Of a stretch of 64,000 nucleotides of DNA, positions 28,917 to 37,712 are shown piece after piece. How positions within the stretch are numbered: the first letter of the stretch is position 1; every line of letters begins with the position of its first letter. This DNA comes from Patescibacteria group bacterium. Lineage in GTDB: Bacteria; Patescibacteriota; Minisyncoccia; Phycocordibacterales; Phycocordibacteraceae. The stretch spans positions 229,675 through 293,674 of the forward strand of contig JAZKIU010000001.1 of assembly GCA_040384705.1 (NCBI GenBank), read 5' to 3'. The notes below the pieces were generated by a model, which ran no database searches, was not told the DNA's origin, and worked only from the letters and a program-made list of their open reading frames with translations. A program made the position numbers and the translations under genes.

Positions 28917-29327
28917 ATGGATATACGTGAATTCGAGGCGATAGCCGCAGAAGAGTGGAAGAAGGTGCCGGAGCGGTTCGCAGGCTCCGTGAAGAATGTA
29001 GCCCTCCTCATCGAAGACGAGCCGAGCGAGGCCGTACGGGAGGAAGAAGAGCTCGAGCACGAAGAGACCCTGCTCGGCCTGTATCACGGCGTTCCGCTCT
29101 CGGAGCGCGGCAGCGACTACGGCATCGGCGGCACCATGCCGGACACTATCACCCTCTATAGACTACCCATCATCGAGGAAGCGGAGGAGATGGATAGGGA
29201 ATTCCGGGATGCGATACGCATCGTGATACGCGAGACCATATGGCACGAGCTCGGCCATTATTTCGGTATGGATGAGCCGCATGTGCAGAACAGGGAGGAG
29301 GAGGGGACTAATAAGTTCGATACCTAG
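28917..29327 (+). CDS. zincin-like metallopeptidase
   Basis: LLGLYHGVPL, PDTITLYR, HELGHYFG. Confidence 0.88.
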   Translation: MDIREFEAIAAEEWKKVPERFAGSVKNVALLIEDEPSEAVREEEELEHEETLLGLYHGVPLSERGSDYGIGGTMPDTITLYRLPIIEEAEEMDREFRDAIRIVIRETIWHELGHYFGMDEPHVQNREEEGTNKFDT

Positions 29328-29336
29328 TCTGTCAGC

Positions 29337-29774
29337 TCAATTAGGCAGCTCCTTGTTGGGAGCGTACGTGTCTAGAACGCTTTCGATCATGAGGGATATC
29401 TCCTCGATCGTTGAGTCGGACTTATGGATGAATTCACGGACGCCGAGCGCGTGAGCTTTTTCGCGATCGCTTTCTGAACTGAGGTTGGAGAATACGATGA
29501 CCGGAATGTCTTTAAAGGTGGGGTCTTCTCCTTGCATGTGCTTAAGGAATTCAAACCCGGTCATGCCCGGCAACAGGATGTCGAGCAATATAACATCAGG
29601 CTTCTGCTTACGAACTTCCTCGACCGCTTTTTCACCATCAAAGGCTGAAGTAATAGCGACGCCGCGCGTCTTGAGCGCAGAAAGCTTATTGGTAAGGAGG
29701 TTCTGGAGTAGCCAGTCATCCTCGACGATGAGCAGGTGCCTGCCCGCAAGAGAGCGTTCCTCGGTAGTAGACAT
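29337..29774 (-). CDS. single-domain response regulator
   Basis: LIVEDD, LLDILLP..G.E.L, PVIVFSN, K. Confidence 0.9.
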   Translation of the reverse strand: MSTTEERSLAGRHLLIVEDDWLLQNLLTNKLSALKTRGVAITSAFDGEKAVEEVRKQKPDVILLDILLPGMTGFEFLKHMQGEDPTFKDIPVIVFSNLSSESDREKAHALGVREFIHKSDSTIEEISLMIESVLDTYAPNKELPN

Positions 29775-29949
29775 GGGTTAATTATAGCTCAGAGGGAAGG
29801 GTAGGCCCTTCCAGCAGGTGAGATGTTGGTATGACACGAGGAAGAATATAATCATTTTCCAACTATTCTGGAGAATCACTGAGGGTTACGTCCTATTCCC
29901 GAAGGTTCGAGGCATTGACTTGCAAAAGGATATATGATATCTTCTATGT

Positions 29950-30075
29950 AATCGTGCGTATGAGACGAGCTGTTTACGGCTTACCTCCATCACTTGTGAT
30001 GTAGCATTTTTACAACTAAGCCGTAAACAATTCGTCTTGTGCAAGAAGAAAAGCCGCTCCCGGGAGCGGCTTTTC
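29950..30075 (+). ncRNA. candidate unannotated small RNA
   Basis: TTGACT-17-TATCTT promoter; perfect 13-bp stem 29971-83/30017-29 extended by an outer stem; apical catcac/gtgatg hairpin; terminator 30048-30075; no substantial ORF. Confidence 0.6.
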
Positions 30076-30123
30076 CTGTGCTACCCTTACGGCCATAACC
30101 ATAGAGCGTCATTACGTATGAGC

Positions 30124-30744
30124 ATGAAGATAGTCATGTGGGTGCTGGGAGGGATCCTTATCGCGGGCGCAGGCACGTATGCAGCGATGAGTATGGACGG
30201 AGAGGCGCAGGTCGAGAAGGATACTGCCGATACCAACACTACTGGCGTTACCTCCATCTCCGCACTGCTCTCGCTTCCCATACCCCAGAAATGCGAGTTT
30301 ACGGACGAAACAGGGGCTGCGAAGACGTCCGGCACGGTATATGTCTCAGGCGGCAAGATGCGTGGCGATTTTGTCGCGAATGCCGCAGGCACCGAGTACC
30401 ATGCGCACACCATCATGGACGGTGCGACCGCGCATTCGTGGGTAGATGAGACGAAGATAGGAGTGAAGAGCGCGATGAGCGTATCGAGCGATACCGCAGT
30501 CTCGTCTAACCAGGGACTCGACGCGTCGAAGAACCTGGAATATCGCTGCGTACCATGGATCCCTGATACGGCCGTGTTCGAGCTGCCAACGAACATCTCC
30601 TTCATCGATGCTGGCATGTCCGCAGGAGCAGGAGCGAGCGGGTCGGCGGGCGCCGGAATGGACGCATCGGTGAGCGTATGCGCGCAGTGCGAGAAGGTTC
30701 CGGAAGCATACCGTGCGCAGTGCCGCGTCGCAGCGGGCTGCTAA
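30124..30744 (+). CDS. membrane-anchored beta-rich protein with a C-terminal Cys4 motif
   Basis: TM; GTVYVSGGKMRGDF; C..C..P......C.....C tail. Confidence 0.75.
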   Translation: MKIVMWVLGGILIAGAGTYAAMSMDGEAQVEKDTADTNTTGVTSISALLSLPIPQKCEFTDETGAAKTSGTVYVSGGKMRGDFVANAAGTEYHAHTIMDGATAHSWVDETKIGVKSAMSVSSDTAVSSNQGLDASKNLEYRCVPWIPDTAVFELPTNISFIDAGMSAGAGASGSAGAGMDASVSVCAQCEKVPEAYRAQCRVAAGC

Positions 30745-30793
30745 CGCAAATAAAAAGACCGGACGCAGGGTCCGGTCGGGTATGGAGGGAGAA

Positions 30794-31039
30794 TCAGAGG
30801 TTAGTGTACGCGGCTTGCGGAAGGGGGAAGGGCGGGGTGGTGAAAGGCATAGCGGAGAGCGGGACGGATAGATTGGTGCTTCCAGCAGAAGCAGCAATAT
30901 TCGTCGCGACGCCGGCTGATATGCGTGCACCGTGCAAGAACGCGATGATAGTAGCCTCGAGTTCGCTCCATATAGCAGGAACCATCGATTGCAGGACCAA
31001 GATAAGCACCAAGAGACCGAGGGCGCGGAATATAGTCAT
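30794..31039 (-). CDS. small membrane protein
   Basis: MTIFRALGLLVLILVLQSMVPAIW... Confidence 0.6.
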   Translation of the reverse strand: MTIFRALGLLVLILVLQSMVPAIWSELEATIIAFLHGARISAGVATNIAASAGSTNLSVPLSAMPFTTPPFPLPQAAYTNL

Positions 31040-31155
31040 ATTCGTTGCGTTAGAGTTCGAGTAAAGGGCGCGTATGTTGGACCCCGCGTGAATGAATCCA
31101 CGCGACGACGTTCCGGCTGTCAAAGATCCTCCTGTCCCCTAGAACACCCCTCCGC

Positions 31156-31695
31156 TTAGGAAGGTTGCGAGAGAAGCTCGGCGTACGCCTTCTGCACCTT
31201 CTGGAGCTTCGGCGCTATGACTACCTGGCAGTACGCCTGCTCAGGATGCTTCTCGAAATAGTCCTTGTGATAGTCCTCAGCAGGGTAGAAGACCGCGTTC
31301 TCCTCGATGGTGGTGACGATAGGGTCGCCGTCGGTGCTCGAAGTCTCGAGCTCACGAATGAATGCTTCTGTCTCGATTTTCTGCTCGGGCGTCGTAGGAA
31401 AGACTGCAGAGCGATACTGGGTACCAATATCGTTGCCCTGCTGATTCAGCTGCGTGGCATCGTGGGAAGCGAAGAATATCGTGAGAAGCGTGCGATACGC
31501 AACGACCGCAGGGTCGTATTCGATGCGGATGACCTCGGCGTGGCCGGTGTCTCCGACAGATACTTCTTCATAGGTCGGGTTCTCGGTGTGCCCACCCGCA
31601 TAGCCTGGTGCGACCGAAGCCACGCCCCTGAGCATTTTGAATACCGCTTCGGTGCACCAGAAGCATCCGCCGCCGAATATCGCTATCTCCTTCAT
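31156..31695 (-). CDS. msrA: peptide-methionine (S)-S-oxide reductase
   Basis: GGGCFWC, GYAGG, PTYEEV, GTQYRS, AEDYHKDY motifs. Confidence 0.96.
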   Translation of the reverse strand: MKEIAIFGGGCFWCTEAVFKMLRGVASVAPGYAGGHTENPTYEEVSVGDTGHAEVIRIEYDPAVVAYRTLLTIFFASHDATQLNQQGNDIGTQYRSAVFPTTPEQKIETEAFIRELETSSTDGDPIVTTIEENAVFYPAEDYHKDYFEKHPEQAYCQVVIAPKLQKVQKAYAELLSQPS

Positions 31696-31717
31696 CCGCC
31701 TACTGTATCATCAGTAT

Positions 31718-32689
31718 ATGAAGAGGGCCGGAACCATACTCCTCATATTCGCTGCAGCATTCAGTCTCACGCTTTTCGCACTCAACTCCCAAAGTGTGGA
31801 GTTCAGGACCCTCACTAGCCAGGCGGGCATATTCCAGAAGAAAGAGGAGATAAAGACCGCGACGGTCCTGTTCGTGGGTGATATGATGTTCGACCGCTAT
31901 ATACGTACCGTGCTTGCCCGGAACGGGAACGCGCATGTGCTCGGTGGCGTCGGGCAGCTCTTGGCGGAAGCGGATATGAATGTCGGGAATCTGGAAGGAC
32001 CGATAACAGACAACCCCTCGCAATCACAAGGGACGGCAGTAGGTGAACTCACTAACATGCGCTTCACGTTCGCGCCGAGTGTACGGAAGCTCCTGCTCGA
32101 TTACGGCTTCAGCATGGTCTCGATTGGGAACAACCATATCCAGGATTTCGGGACCGACGGCGCGCGCTCGACTACCAAATACTTGTCCGGTGCAGGCATC
32201 GAATACGTAGGCGACCCGACCGGAGATTCTATTGAACCCGTCATTCAGGAAGTGAACGGCATACGCCTCGCATTCGTTTCGTATAGCGACTTCGTGGGCG
32301 GGGATTCTGCGCGTGCTCGTCAGGCGCTTGAAAGCGACGCGGCGCAGAGCGCGGACGCTGTCATCGTGCTCGCGCACTGGGGGAGTGAATACGAGACCGC
32401 TCCGCCCGCACGAGTACGCGAGCTCGCACGAGCATTCGCGAACGCGGGAGCGGACCTCATCATCGGCACGCACTCGCATGTTGTGGGGGAGGTGGAGGAT
32501 ATCGGCAACACTCGCGTGTATTACTCTCTTGGCAATTTCGTATTCGATCAGTATTGGACGCCGAGCGTGCGTTGCGGTCTCGCAGTCACCGCGACCTTCA
32601 TAAAGGAAGGGGATGCAACGAACACGCGGTATGCGGAAACCAACGTAGGGATGAGGAAGGACGGTGCAACCGCTCTTGGCTGCTCTTAG
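31718..32689 (+). CDS. CapA/PGA_cap metallophosphoesterase-family protein
   Basis: VGDMM, NLEGP, NNHIQDFG, HWG.EY, GTHSH, YSLGNFVFDQ. Confidence 0.9.
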   Translation: MKRAGTILLIFAAAFSLTLFALNSQSVEFRTLTSQAGIFQKKEEIKTATVLFVGDMMFDRYIRTVLARNGNAHVLGGVGQLLAEADMNVGNLEGPITDNPSQSQGTAVGELTNMRFTFAPSVRKLLLDYGFSMVSIGNNHIQDFGTDGARSTTKYLSGAGIEYVGDPTGDSIEPVIQEVNGIRLAFVSYSDFVGGDSARARQALESDAAQSADAVIVLAHWGSEYETAPPARVRELARAFANAGADLIIGTHSHVVGEVEDIGNTRVYYSLGNFVFDQYWTPSVRCGLAVTATFIKEGDATNTRYAETNVGMRKDGATALGCS

Positions 32690-33084
32690 CCTTCCTTCTC
32701 GAACGCGAGACAGACGGAATTGATGCAGTACCGCTTTCCGCCTGCTTCAGTCGGGCCGTCATCGAATACATGCCCTAGGTGCCCATCGCATTTCTTGCAG
32801 TACACCTCGGTGCGATGCATGCCGTATGTGTCGTCGGGGCGGGTACCTACGTTCTCCGCTACCGCGGGATCGGTGAACGACGGCCATCCGGTACCGGAGT
32901 CGAACTTCTGCTCGGAGGTGAATAATAGATTCCCGCAGGCCCGGCAGCGGTAGCTACCTTCCTCGTGATTCTCTACGTAGGCGCCCGAGAAGGGAGCCTC
33001 GGTCTCGCGCTCACGGAGCACCCGGTATTCCTCGGGCGAGAGCTTCTCGCGCCACTCTTCGTCTGTCTGCGGCATCGGTTCCAT
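32686..33084 (-). CDS. msrB: peptide-methionine (R)-S-oxide reductase
   Basis: KFDSGTGWPSF, HLGHVFDDGP, RYCINS; Zn CxxC pairs. Confidence 0.96.
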   Translation of the reverse strand: MEPMPQTDEEWREKLSPEEYRVLRERETEAPFSGAYVENHEEGSYRCRACGNLLFTSEQKFDSGTGWPSFTDPAVAENVGTRPDDTYGMHRTEVYCKKCDGHLGHVFDDGPTEAGGKRYCINSVCLAFEKEG

Positions 33085-33136
33085 AGCATAAGTATACCCA
33101 TTTGCCGCCCATACGTCCGCAGGCTAGGATAGCTTG

Positions 33137-33598
33137 ATGAACACCCGCGTCGGGCTCCTCGTGACATTGCTCGCACTCGCATTCCTTGGTATTGCGGATG
33201 CCTGGTATCTCTCGCTTTCGGCACTCCAGGGCGCTGCACTCTTCTGCGATGTGGGCGCGGTGCTCGATGGCTGCAACATCGTCGCGCAGAGCCCGTATTC
33301 GAAGCTCTGGGGCGTACCGCTCGCGCTCTACGGCGTCGTGTTCTACTGCCTCCTTTTCATCCTGGTTTCCGTACTCTTCGTCCGTACCCACCACCCGCTC
33401 TATCAGGCGGTCGCGGTGCTCGGCGTTCTCGGCCTCATCGCATCCCTGATATTCCTATTCATCCAGTTCGCGCTCATCAAGGCGCTCTGCATCTACTGCA
33501 TTGCGTCAGCGGTCATAGCGGCTCTCATATGCCTCATCGCCATAAGGTTATGGGCCAAGCACGCACCCGGACGCCTCAAACCCCCTGTGGTATCCTGA
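33137..33598 (+). CDS. vitamin K epoxide reductase (VKOR) family protein
   Basis: C..C.V..SPYS...GVP, CIYC motifs; 4 TM. Confidence 0.9.
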   Translation: MNTRVGLLVTLLALAFLGIADAWYLSLSALQGAALFCDVGAVLDGCNIVAQSPYSKLWGVPLALYGVVFYCLLFILVSVLFVRTHHPLYQAVAVLGVLGLIASLIFLFIQFALIKALCIYCIASAVIAALICLIAIRLWAKHAPGRLKPPVVS

Positions 33599-33602
33599 AT
33601 CC

Positions 33603-34751
33603 ATGAAGCGTCGGCTGCTAGCGCTTGCACTCCTCCTCGTCATTCCGGGCATAACGCTGGCGTCCACGGTACGGACGGACCGAACCCTCGTCGTATCGGA
33701 ACCTATTAGCGACAACGCGTACCTGACGGGTACCGATGTGAATGTGTCCGCACCCATTGGCGGGGATGTTCTCGCGGCAGGAGGAACCCTCACCCTTTCA
33801 GCAGCGGTCGCGGGCGACGCCACGCTTGCAGGAGGAACGATAGACCTGAAGCGACCGGTTGCAGGCGACGTGCGCGCAGCCGGTGGACGCATCATCATCG
33901 AGGACACCGTCGGTGGCGACCTCATCCTCGCGGGAGGCTCGGTCGTGGTGACGGGCACCGCATCCTCGACCCGTATCGCAGGAGCGAGCGTCCGCCTTGA
34001 GAACGGTGCTACGGGCCCGGTCGTTATCTACGGAGGTGATGTGTATCTTGCTGGCGAGTACTTGGGCGACGTAGAAGTGGTCGCGTCGGAGCGCCTCACG
34101 CTCGGGGAGGGCACGCACATCCACGGCGTACTCAAATACAACGCACCGCAGCAGGCAGGTGTCCCTGCGTCGACCGCCGTCGATGGAGGCGTGGAGTACA
34201 CGGGAGCTTCCGCATATCTTCCAACCGTCGAGGAAGCGAAGCGGTTCGCCATCGCAGGCGCAGGCGTCTTCTTCGTCGCGAGCGTCATCGCTGCAGTCAT
34301 CGCTGCTGGTCTCCTCGCTGGTCTCTTCCCACGCTTCACTTCCCGGGTGACCGAGCGCGTGCTCGCCCGTTCCCCAAGACGTTTCATACTGTTCGCCCTT
34401 CTTGGGTTCGCCGTCACGGTCGCGACCCCTGCCCTCATAATCCTGCTCCTCATCTCGTTCGTAGGGACGGTAGTAGCGATGCTGCTCCTGCTCGCATACC
34501 TCTCACTCCTTCTTGTCGGTTACTTATACGCGGGCATTCTCGCTGGCGCTGCCCTCATGCGTGGGCTCTTCAAGCGACAAGGCGTCTCGTGGCGCGGAGC
34601 GGTGCTCGGCATGTTCGTGCTGTATCTCGTCGGCATTATTCCGGTGATCGGCAAGGTATTCGTGCTCGTGCTCTCCGCAGCCGCTATCGGGGCGATAGTC
34701 GCTATCGCGTACGGCTTTGCGTTCTCGCGTACGGACGAGGTGGACGTATGA
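33603..34751 (+). CDS. membrane protein with beta-helix (bactofilin-like) repeats
   Basis: Signal peptide; repeated GD...AGG.....; C-terminal TM bundle with IPVIG. Confidence 0.75.
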   Translation: MKRRLLALALLLVIPGITLASTVRTDRTLVVSEPISDNAYLTGTDVNVSAPIGGDVLAAGGTLTLSAAVAGDATLAGGTIDLKRPVAGDVRAAGGRIIIEDTVGGDLILAGGSVVVTGTASSTRIAGASVRLENGATGPVVIYGGDVYLAGEYLGDVEVVASERLTLGEGTHIHGVLKYNAPQQAGVPASTAVDGGVEYTGASAYLPTVEEAKRFAIAGAGVFFVASVIAAVIAAGLLAGLFPRFTSRVTERVLARSPRRFILFALLGFAVTVATPALIILLLISFVGTVVAMLLLLAYLSLLLVGYLYAGILAGAALMRGLFKRQGVSWRGAVLGMFVLYLVGIIPVIGKVFVLVLSAAAIGAIVAIAYGFAFSRTDEVDV

Positions 34752-35215
34752 TGCCCAAGGTAGGGGAGACTGCTCCCGACTTCACGCTCCAGGACCAGGA
34801 CGGCGCTCAGCACACCCTCTCGAGCTATCGCGGCAAGCCCGTCCTCATCTATTTCTACCCGAAGGACGATACTCCCGGCTGCACCAAGCAGGCGTGTGCC
34901 ATTCGCGACGCAGAACCCGATTTCCAGAAGCTTAAGGCAGTGGTGCTCGGTATCTCGGCTGATAGCATAAAGAGCCACAAGAAGTTTGTGGAGAAGTACG
35001 GCCTTACGTTCCCGCTGCTTGCGGACGAGGATAAGAAGGTAGTGAACGCATACGGTGTGTGGGGACGAAAGAAGTTTATGGGCCGTGAATACGATGGGAT
35101 ATTCCGCACCTCGTTCCTAGTGGGAGCTGACGGAACCATACTGAAGCTGTATGAGGGAGTGAAGGCGGAGAAGCATGCCGAAGAAGTGCTCTCAGATCTC
35201 CGCGAGCTTGCCTAA
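34748..35215 (+). CDS. bcp: thioredoxin-dependent peroxiredoxin Bcp
   Basis: YFYPKDDTPGCTKQAC. Confidence 0.93.
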   Translation: MMPKVGETAPDFTLQDQDGAQHTLSSYRGKPVLIYFYPKDDTPGCTKQACAIRDAEPDFQKLKAVVLGISADSIKSHKKFVEKYGLTFPLLADEDKKVVNAYGVWGRKKFMGREYDGIFRTSFLVGADGTILKLYEGVKAEKHAEEVLSDLRELA

Positions 35216-35220
35216 AGCCT

Positions 35221-35904
35221 ATGAGCCAACTTCCGATGCTCGATCCTAAGTTCGAGGAACGAAAGGAGCGGATGGGGAAGATACTCGCGTATCTCAAGAA
35301 GACCTATCCAGTCCCCAAGACCGAACTCAACTATTCCACCCCATTCCAGCTGGTCGTCGCGGTCATTCTCTCTGCGCAGTGCACGGACAAGAAGGTGAAT
35401 GCTGTCACGGAGACGCTTTTCAAGAAATACAGAACAGTCGAGGATTTCGCGAACGCTGACCCTGGCGTATTCTCCCGCGAGACCTCGAGCATCACGTTCC
35501 ATCAGAGCAAGACGAAGTACATCTTGAGTTCCGCACAACTCCTCCTTGATGAGTTCGGTGGGGAGGTGCCCAAGACGGAGCCCGAGCTCGTGAAGCTTCC
35601 GGGTGTCGCGTACAAGACCGCGCATGTGGTGCTCGGCGAGTTGTATAACATCTGGGAAGGCATACCGACCGATACGCACGTGCGGCGCTTCGCTATTCGC
35701 TTCGACTTGGTGGATAGCACCGAGCTCACGAAGATATCGAAGGAGCTCGAGGCCTTGGTACCCAAGAAGGATTGGCGGTACGTGAATAATGGTCTGGTGC
35801 TGTATGGCCGCTACGTCTGCACTGCTATCCCGCACCCCTGCGAGGATCATCCGTTGACGAAGATATGGCCTCCGGCCGCCCTTGTCTGGCCCAAGGCGAA
35901 GTGA
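35221..35904 (+). CDS. nth: endonuclease III (Fe-S motif degenerate)
   Basis: LVVAVILSAQCTD, LPGVAYKTA, DTHVRR. Confidence 0.9.
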   Translation: MSQLPMLDPKFEERKERMGKILAYLKKTYPVPKTELNYSTPFQLVVAVILSAQCTDKKVNAVTETLFKKYRTVEDFANADPGVFSRETSSITFHQSKTKYILSSAQLLLDEFGGEVPKTEPELVKLPGVAYKTAHVVLGELYNIWEGIPTDTHVRRFAIRFDLVDSTELTKISKELEALVPKKDWRYVNNGLVLYGRYVCTAIPHPCEDHPLTKIWPPAALVWPKAK

Positions 35905-35918
35905 GGTAGGATTGGGGT

Positions 35919-36611
35919 ATGGAAACCCAGAAGCCAGTAGCGGTCTTCGATATAGACGGCACGCTGTTCCGCTCCTCGCTCCTGATAGAGCTCGTTGAAG
36001 AGCTCATCAAGCGGGAGATATTCCCAGCAGACGCTCGCAAGAGCTACGAGACCTCGCAATTAGAATGGCTGAACAGGAAAGGGGAGTACGAGCCTTTTAT
36101 AAAGAAAGTAGTGCAGGCGTTCGGCAAGCATGCGAAGGGTGCGCCGTATGGCGATGTCGCGGACGTTGCGGGAGAGATAATAGAGTCGAAGAAGGACAGG
36201 ACGTATCGCTATACCCGCGACCTCGTCGATGATTTGAAGGCGAAGGGCTACTTCCTCCTCGCTATCTCGCACTCACCGAAGTTCATTGTGGACGGTTTCG
36301 CGTACGAACTCGGGTTCCACAAGTCCTATGGCACGTTCTACGAGACCGGGGCCTCTAACCGCTTCACGGGAGAGATAGCTGATGAGCACCTCATCATGAA
36401 CAAGAGCGCAGTGCTCAAGCGTGCGGTCGAGAAGGAGAACCTCACGTTCAAGAATTCCTATGGAGTGGGAGACACGGAGAGCGACATCTCCATGCTTACG
36501 ATGGTCGAGAATCCTATCGCCTTCAATCCAAACCGTCTTCTCTATCGGCATGCGAAGAAGCATGGGTGGCCTGTTGTGGTTGAGCGGAAGGATGTGATTT
36601 ATGAGATATAG
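35919..36611 (+). CDS. HAD-IB family hydrolase
   Basis: FDIDGT, ISHS, K, GDTESD, AFNP motifs. Confidence 0.88.
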   Translation: METQKPVAVFDIDGTLFRSSLLIELVEELIKREIFPADARKSYETSQLEWLNRKGEYEPFIKKVVQAFGKHAKGAPYGDVADVAGEIIESKKDRTYRYTRDLVDDLKAKGYFLLAISHSPKFIVDGFAYELGFHKSYGTFYETGASNRFTGEIADEHLIMNKSAVLKRAVEKENLTFKNSYGVGDTESDISMLTMVENPIAFNPNRLLYRHAKKHGWPVVVERKDVIYEI

Positions 36612-36667
36612 GGCCAAAACCTAGTCGGCCATTTCCGCTTCCTTCAGTAATTCCGTATAATGCCCCT

Positions 36668-36922
36668 ATGACAAAGAAACTCTACAGAAGCCGGGAGAAT
36701 AAGATGATCGCCGGGCTCTGCGGCGGCGCAGGCGAGTATCTGAACGTCGACGCGAACGCCATCCGACTTGTCTACACGATAGTCACCGTCCTTACAGGTG
36801 TTTTCCCCGGAATCATCGCGTATATCCTCGGAATCTTCATCGTGCCTTCAGAGCCTCTCATAACTCCTGTCACACCAGCACCTGCTCCGGACACCACGGA
36901 GGATGACACCATCAACCTTTAG
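36668..36922 (+). CDS. PspC domain protein
   Basis: KKLYRSRENKMIAGLCGG.GEY...D...IR. Confidence 0.9.
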   Translation: MTKKLYRSRENKMIAGLCGGAGEYLNVDANAIRLVYTIVTVLTGVFPGIIAYILGIFIVPSEPLITPVTPAPAPDTTEDDTINL

Positions 36923-37712
36923 GGCTCTCATCTGGAAGCATTACCGCACGCAGGGCAGGCATGACCTGCCGTGGCGGAAAACCACGGATGCATACCGAAT
37001 CCTCGTCTCCGAAGTAATGCTCCAGCAGACGCAGGTGGAGCGCGTCATTCCATACTATAAGAACTTCCTCAAGGAGTTCCCGACAGTCGTTGCACTCGCG
37101 AAAGCGCCCCTGTCCTCTGTTCTACGACAGTGGCAAGGGCTCGGATACAATCGTCGCGCCAAAATGCTGCATGAAGCAGCTAAAGTCGTGGTACGCGAAC
37201 ACAAAGTAAGAATGCCGACAGACATAATCGTGCTGGAATCCCTGCCAGGCATTGGTCCATACACGGCTCGTGCCGTCGCGGCGTTCTCTTCGAACACGGA
37301 CAGTATTTTCATAGAAACAAACATTCGGACGGTCATCACGCACCACTTCTTTCCGACGAAGGAAACTGTCTCGGATAAAGAGGTGCTCGAAGTACTTAAC
37401 AAGGCATATCCGAAAGGGAAGGCGCGGGAATGGTATGCAGCCCTCATGGACTATGGCTCGCATCTAAAGCGAAGCGGCGTCCGCATCAACGCAAGAGCGA
37501 AGGGATACACGAAGCAATCAAGATTCGAGGGTTCAGAACGCCAAGCGCGTGGCGCCATACTCCGCGCCCTTCTATCCGGGCCCAAAACGAAGAAAGCCCT
37601 CATAGGACTTCTTGGAATAGAACGCCAACCCCAGATGGAGTCTGCCCTTGCAAAGCTTACTCAGGAAGGCTTGGTGGCAAGGACTGGGACAAGGTTCTCC
37701 CTGCCTGGGTAG
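36903..37712 (+). CDS. mutY: A/G-specific adenine glycosylase, short and without Fe-S cluster
   Basis: LPWR, VSEVMLQQTQV, WQGLGY, LPGIGPYTA, ALMDYG. Confidence 0.88.
   Translation: MTPSTFRALIWKHYRTQGRHDLPWRKTTDAYRILVSEVMLQQTQVERVIPYYKNFLKEFPTVVALAKAPLSSVLRQWQGLGYNRRAKMLHEAAKVVVREHKVRMPTDIIVLESLPGIGPYTARAVAAFSSNTDSIFIETNIRTVITHHFFPTKETVSDKEVLEVLNKAYPKGKAREWYAALMDYGSHLKRSGVRINARAKGYTKQSRFEGSERQARGAILRALLSGPKTKKALIGLLGIERQPQMESALAKLTQEGLVARTGTRFSLPG

Noticed and set aside
31040-31150. boxA-like ATCTTTGACA and a cgcgtg/cacgcg hairpin upstream of the 31039 gene
   Set aside because: Short, weak matches; not enough to call an element
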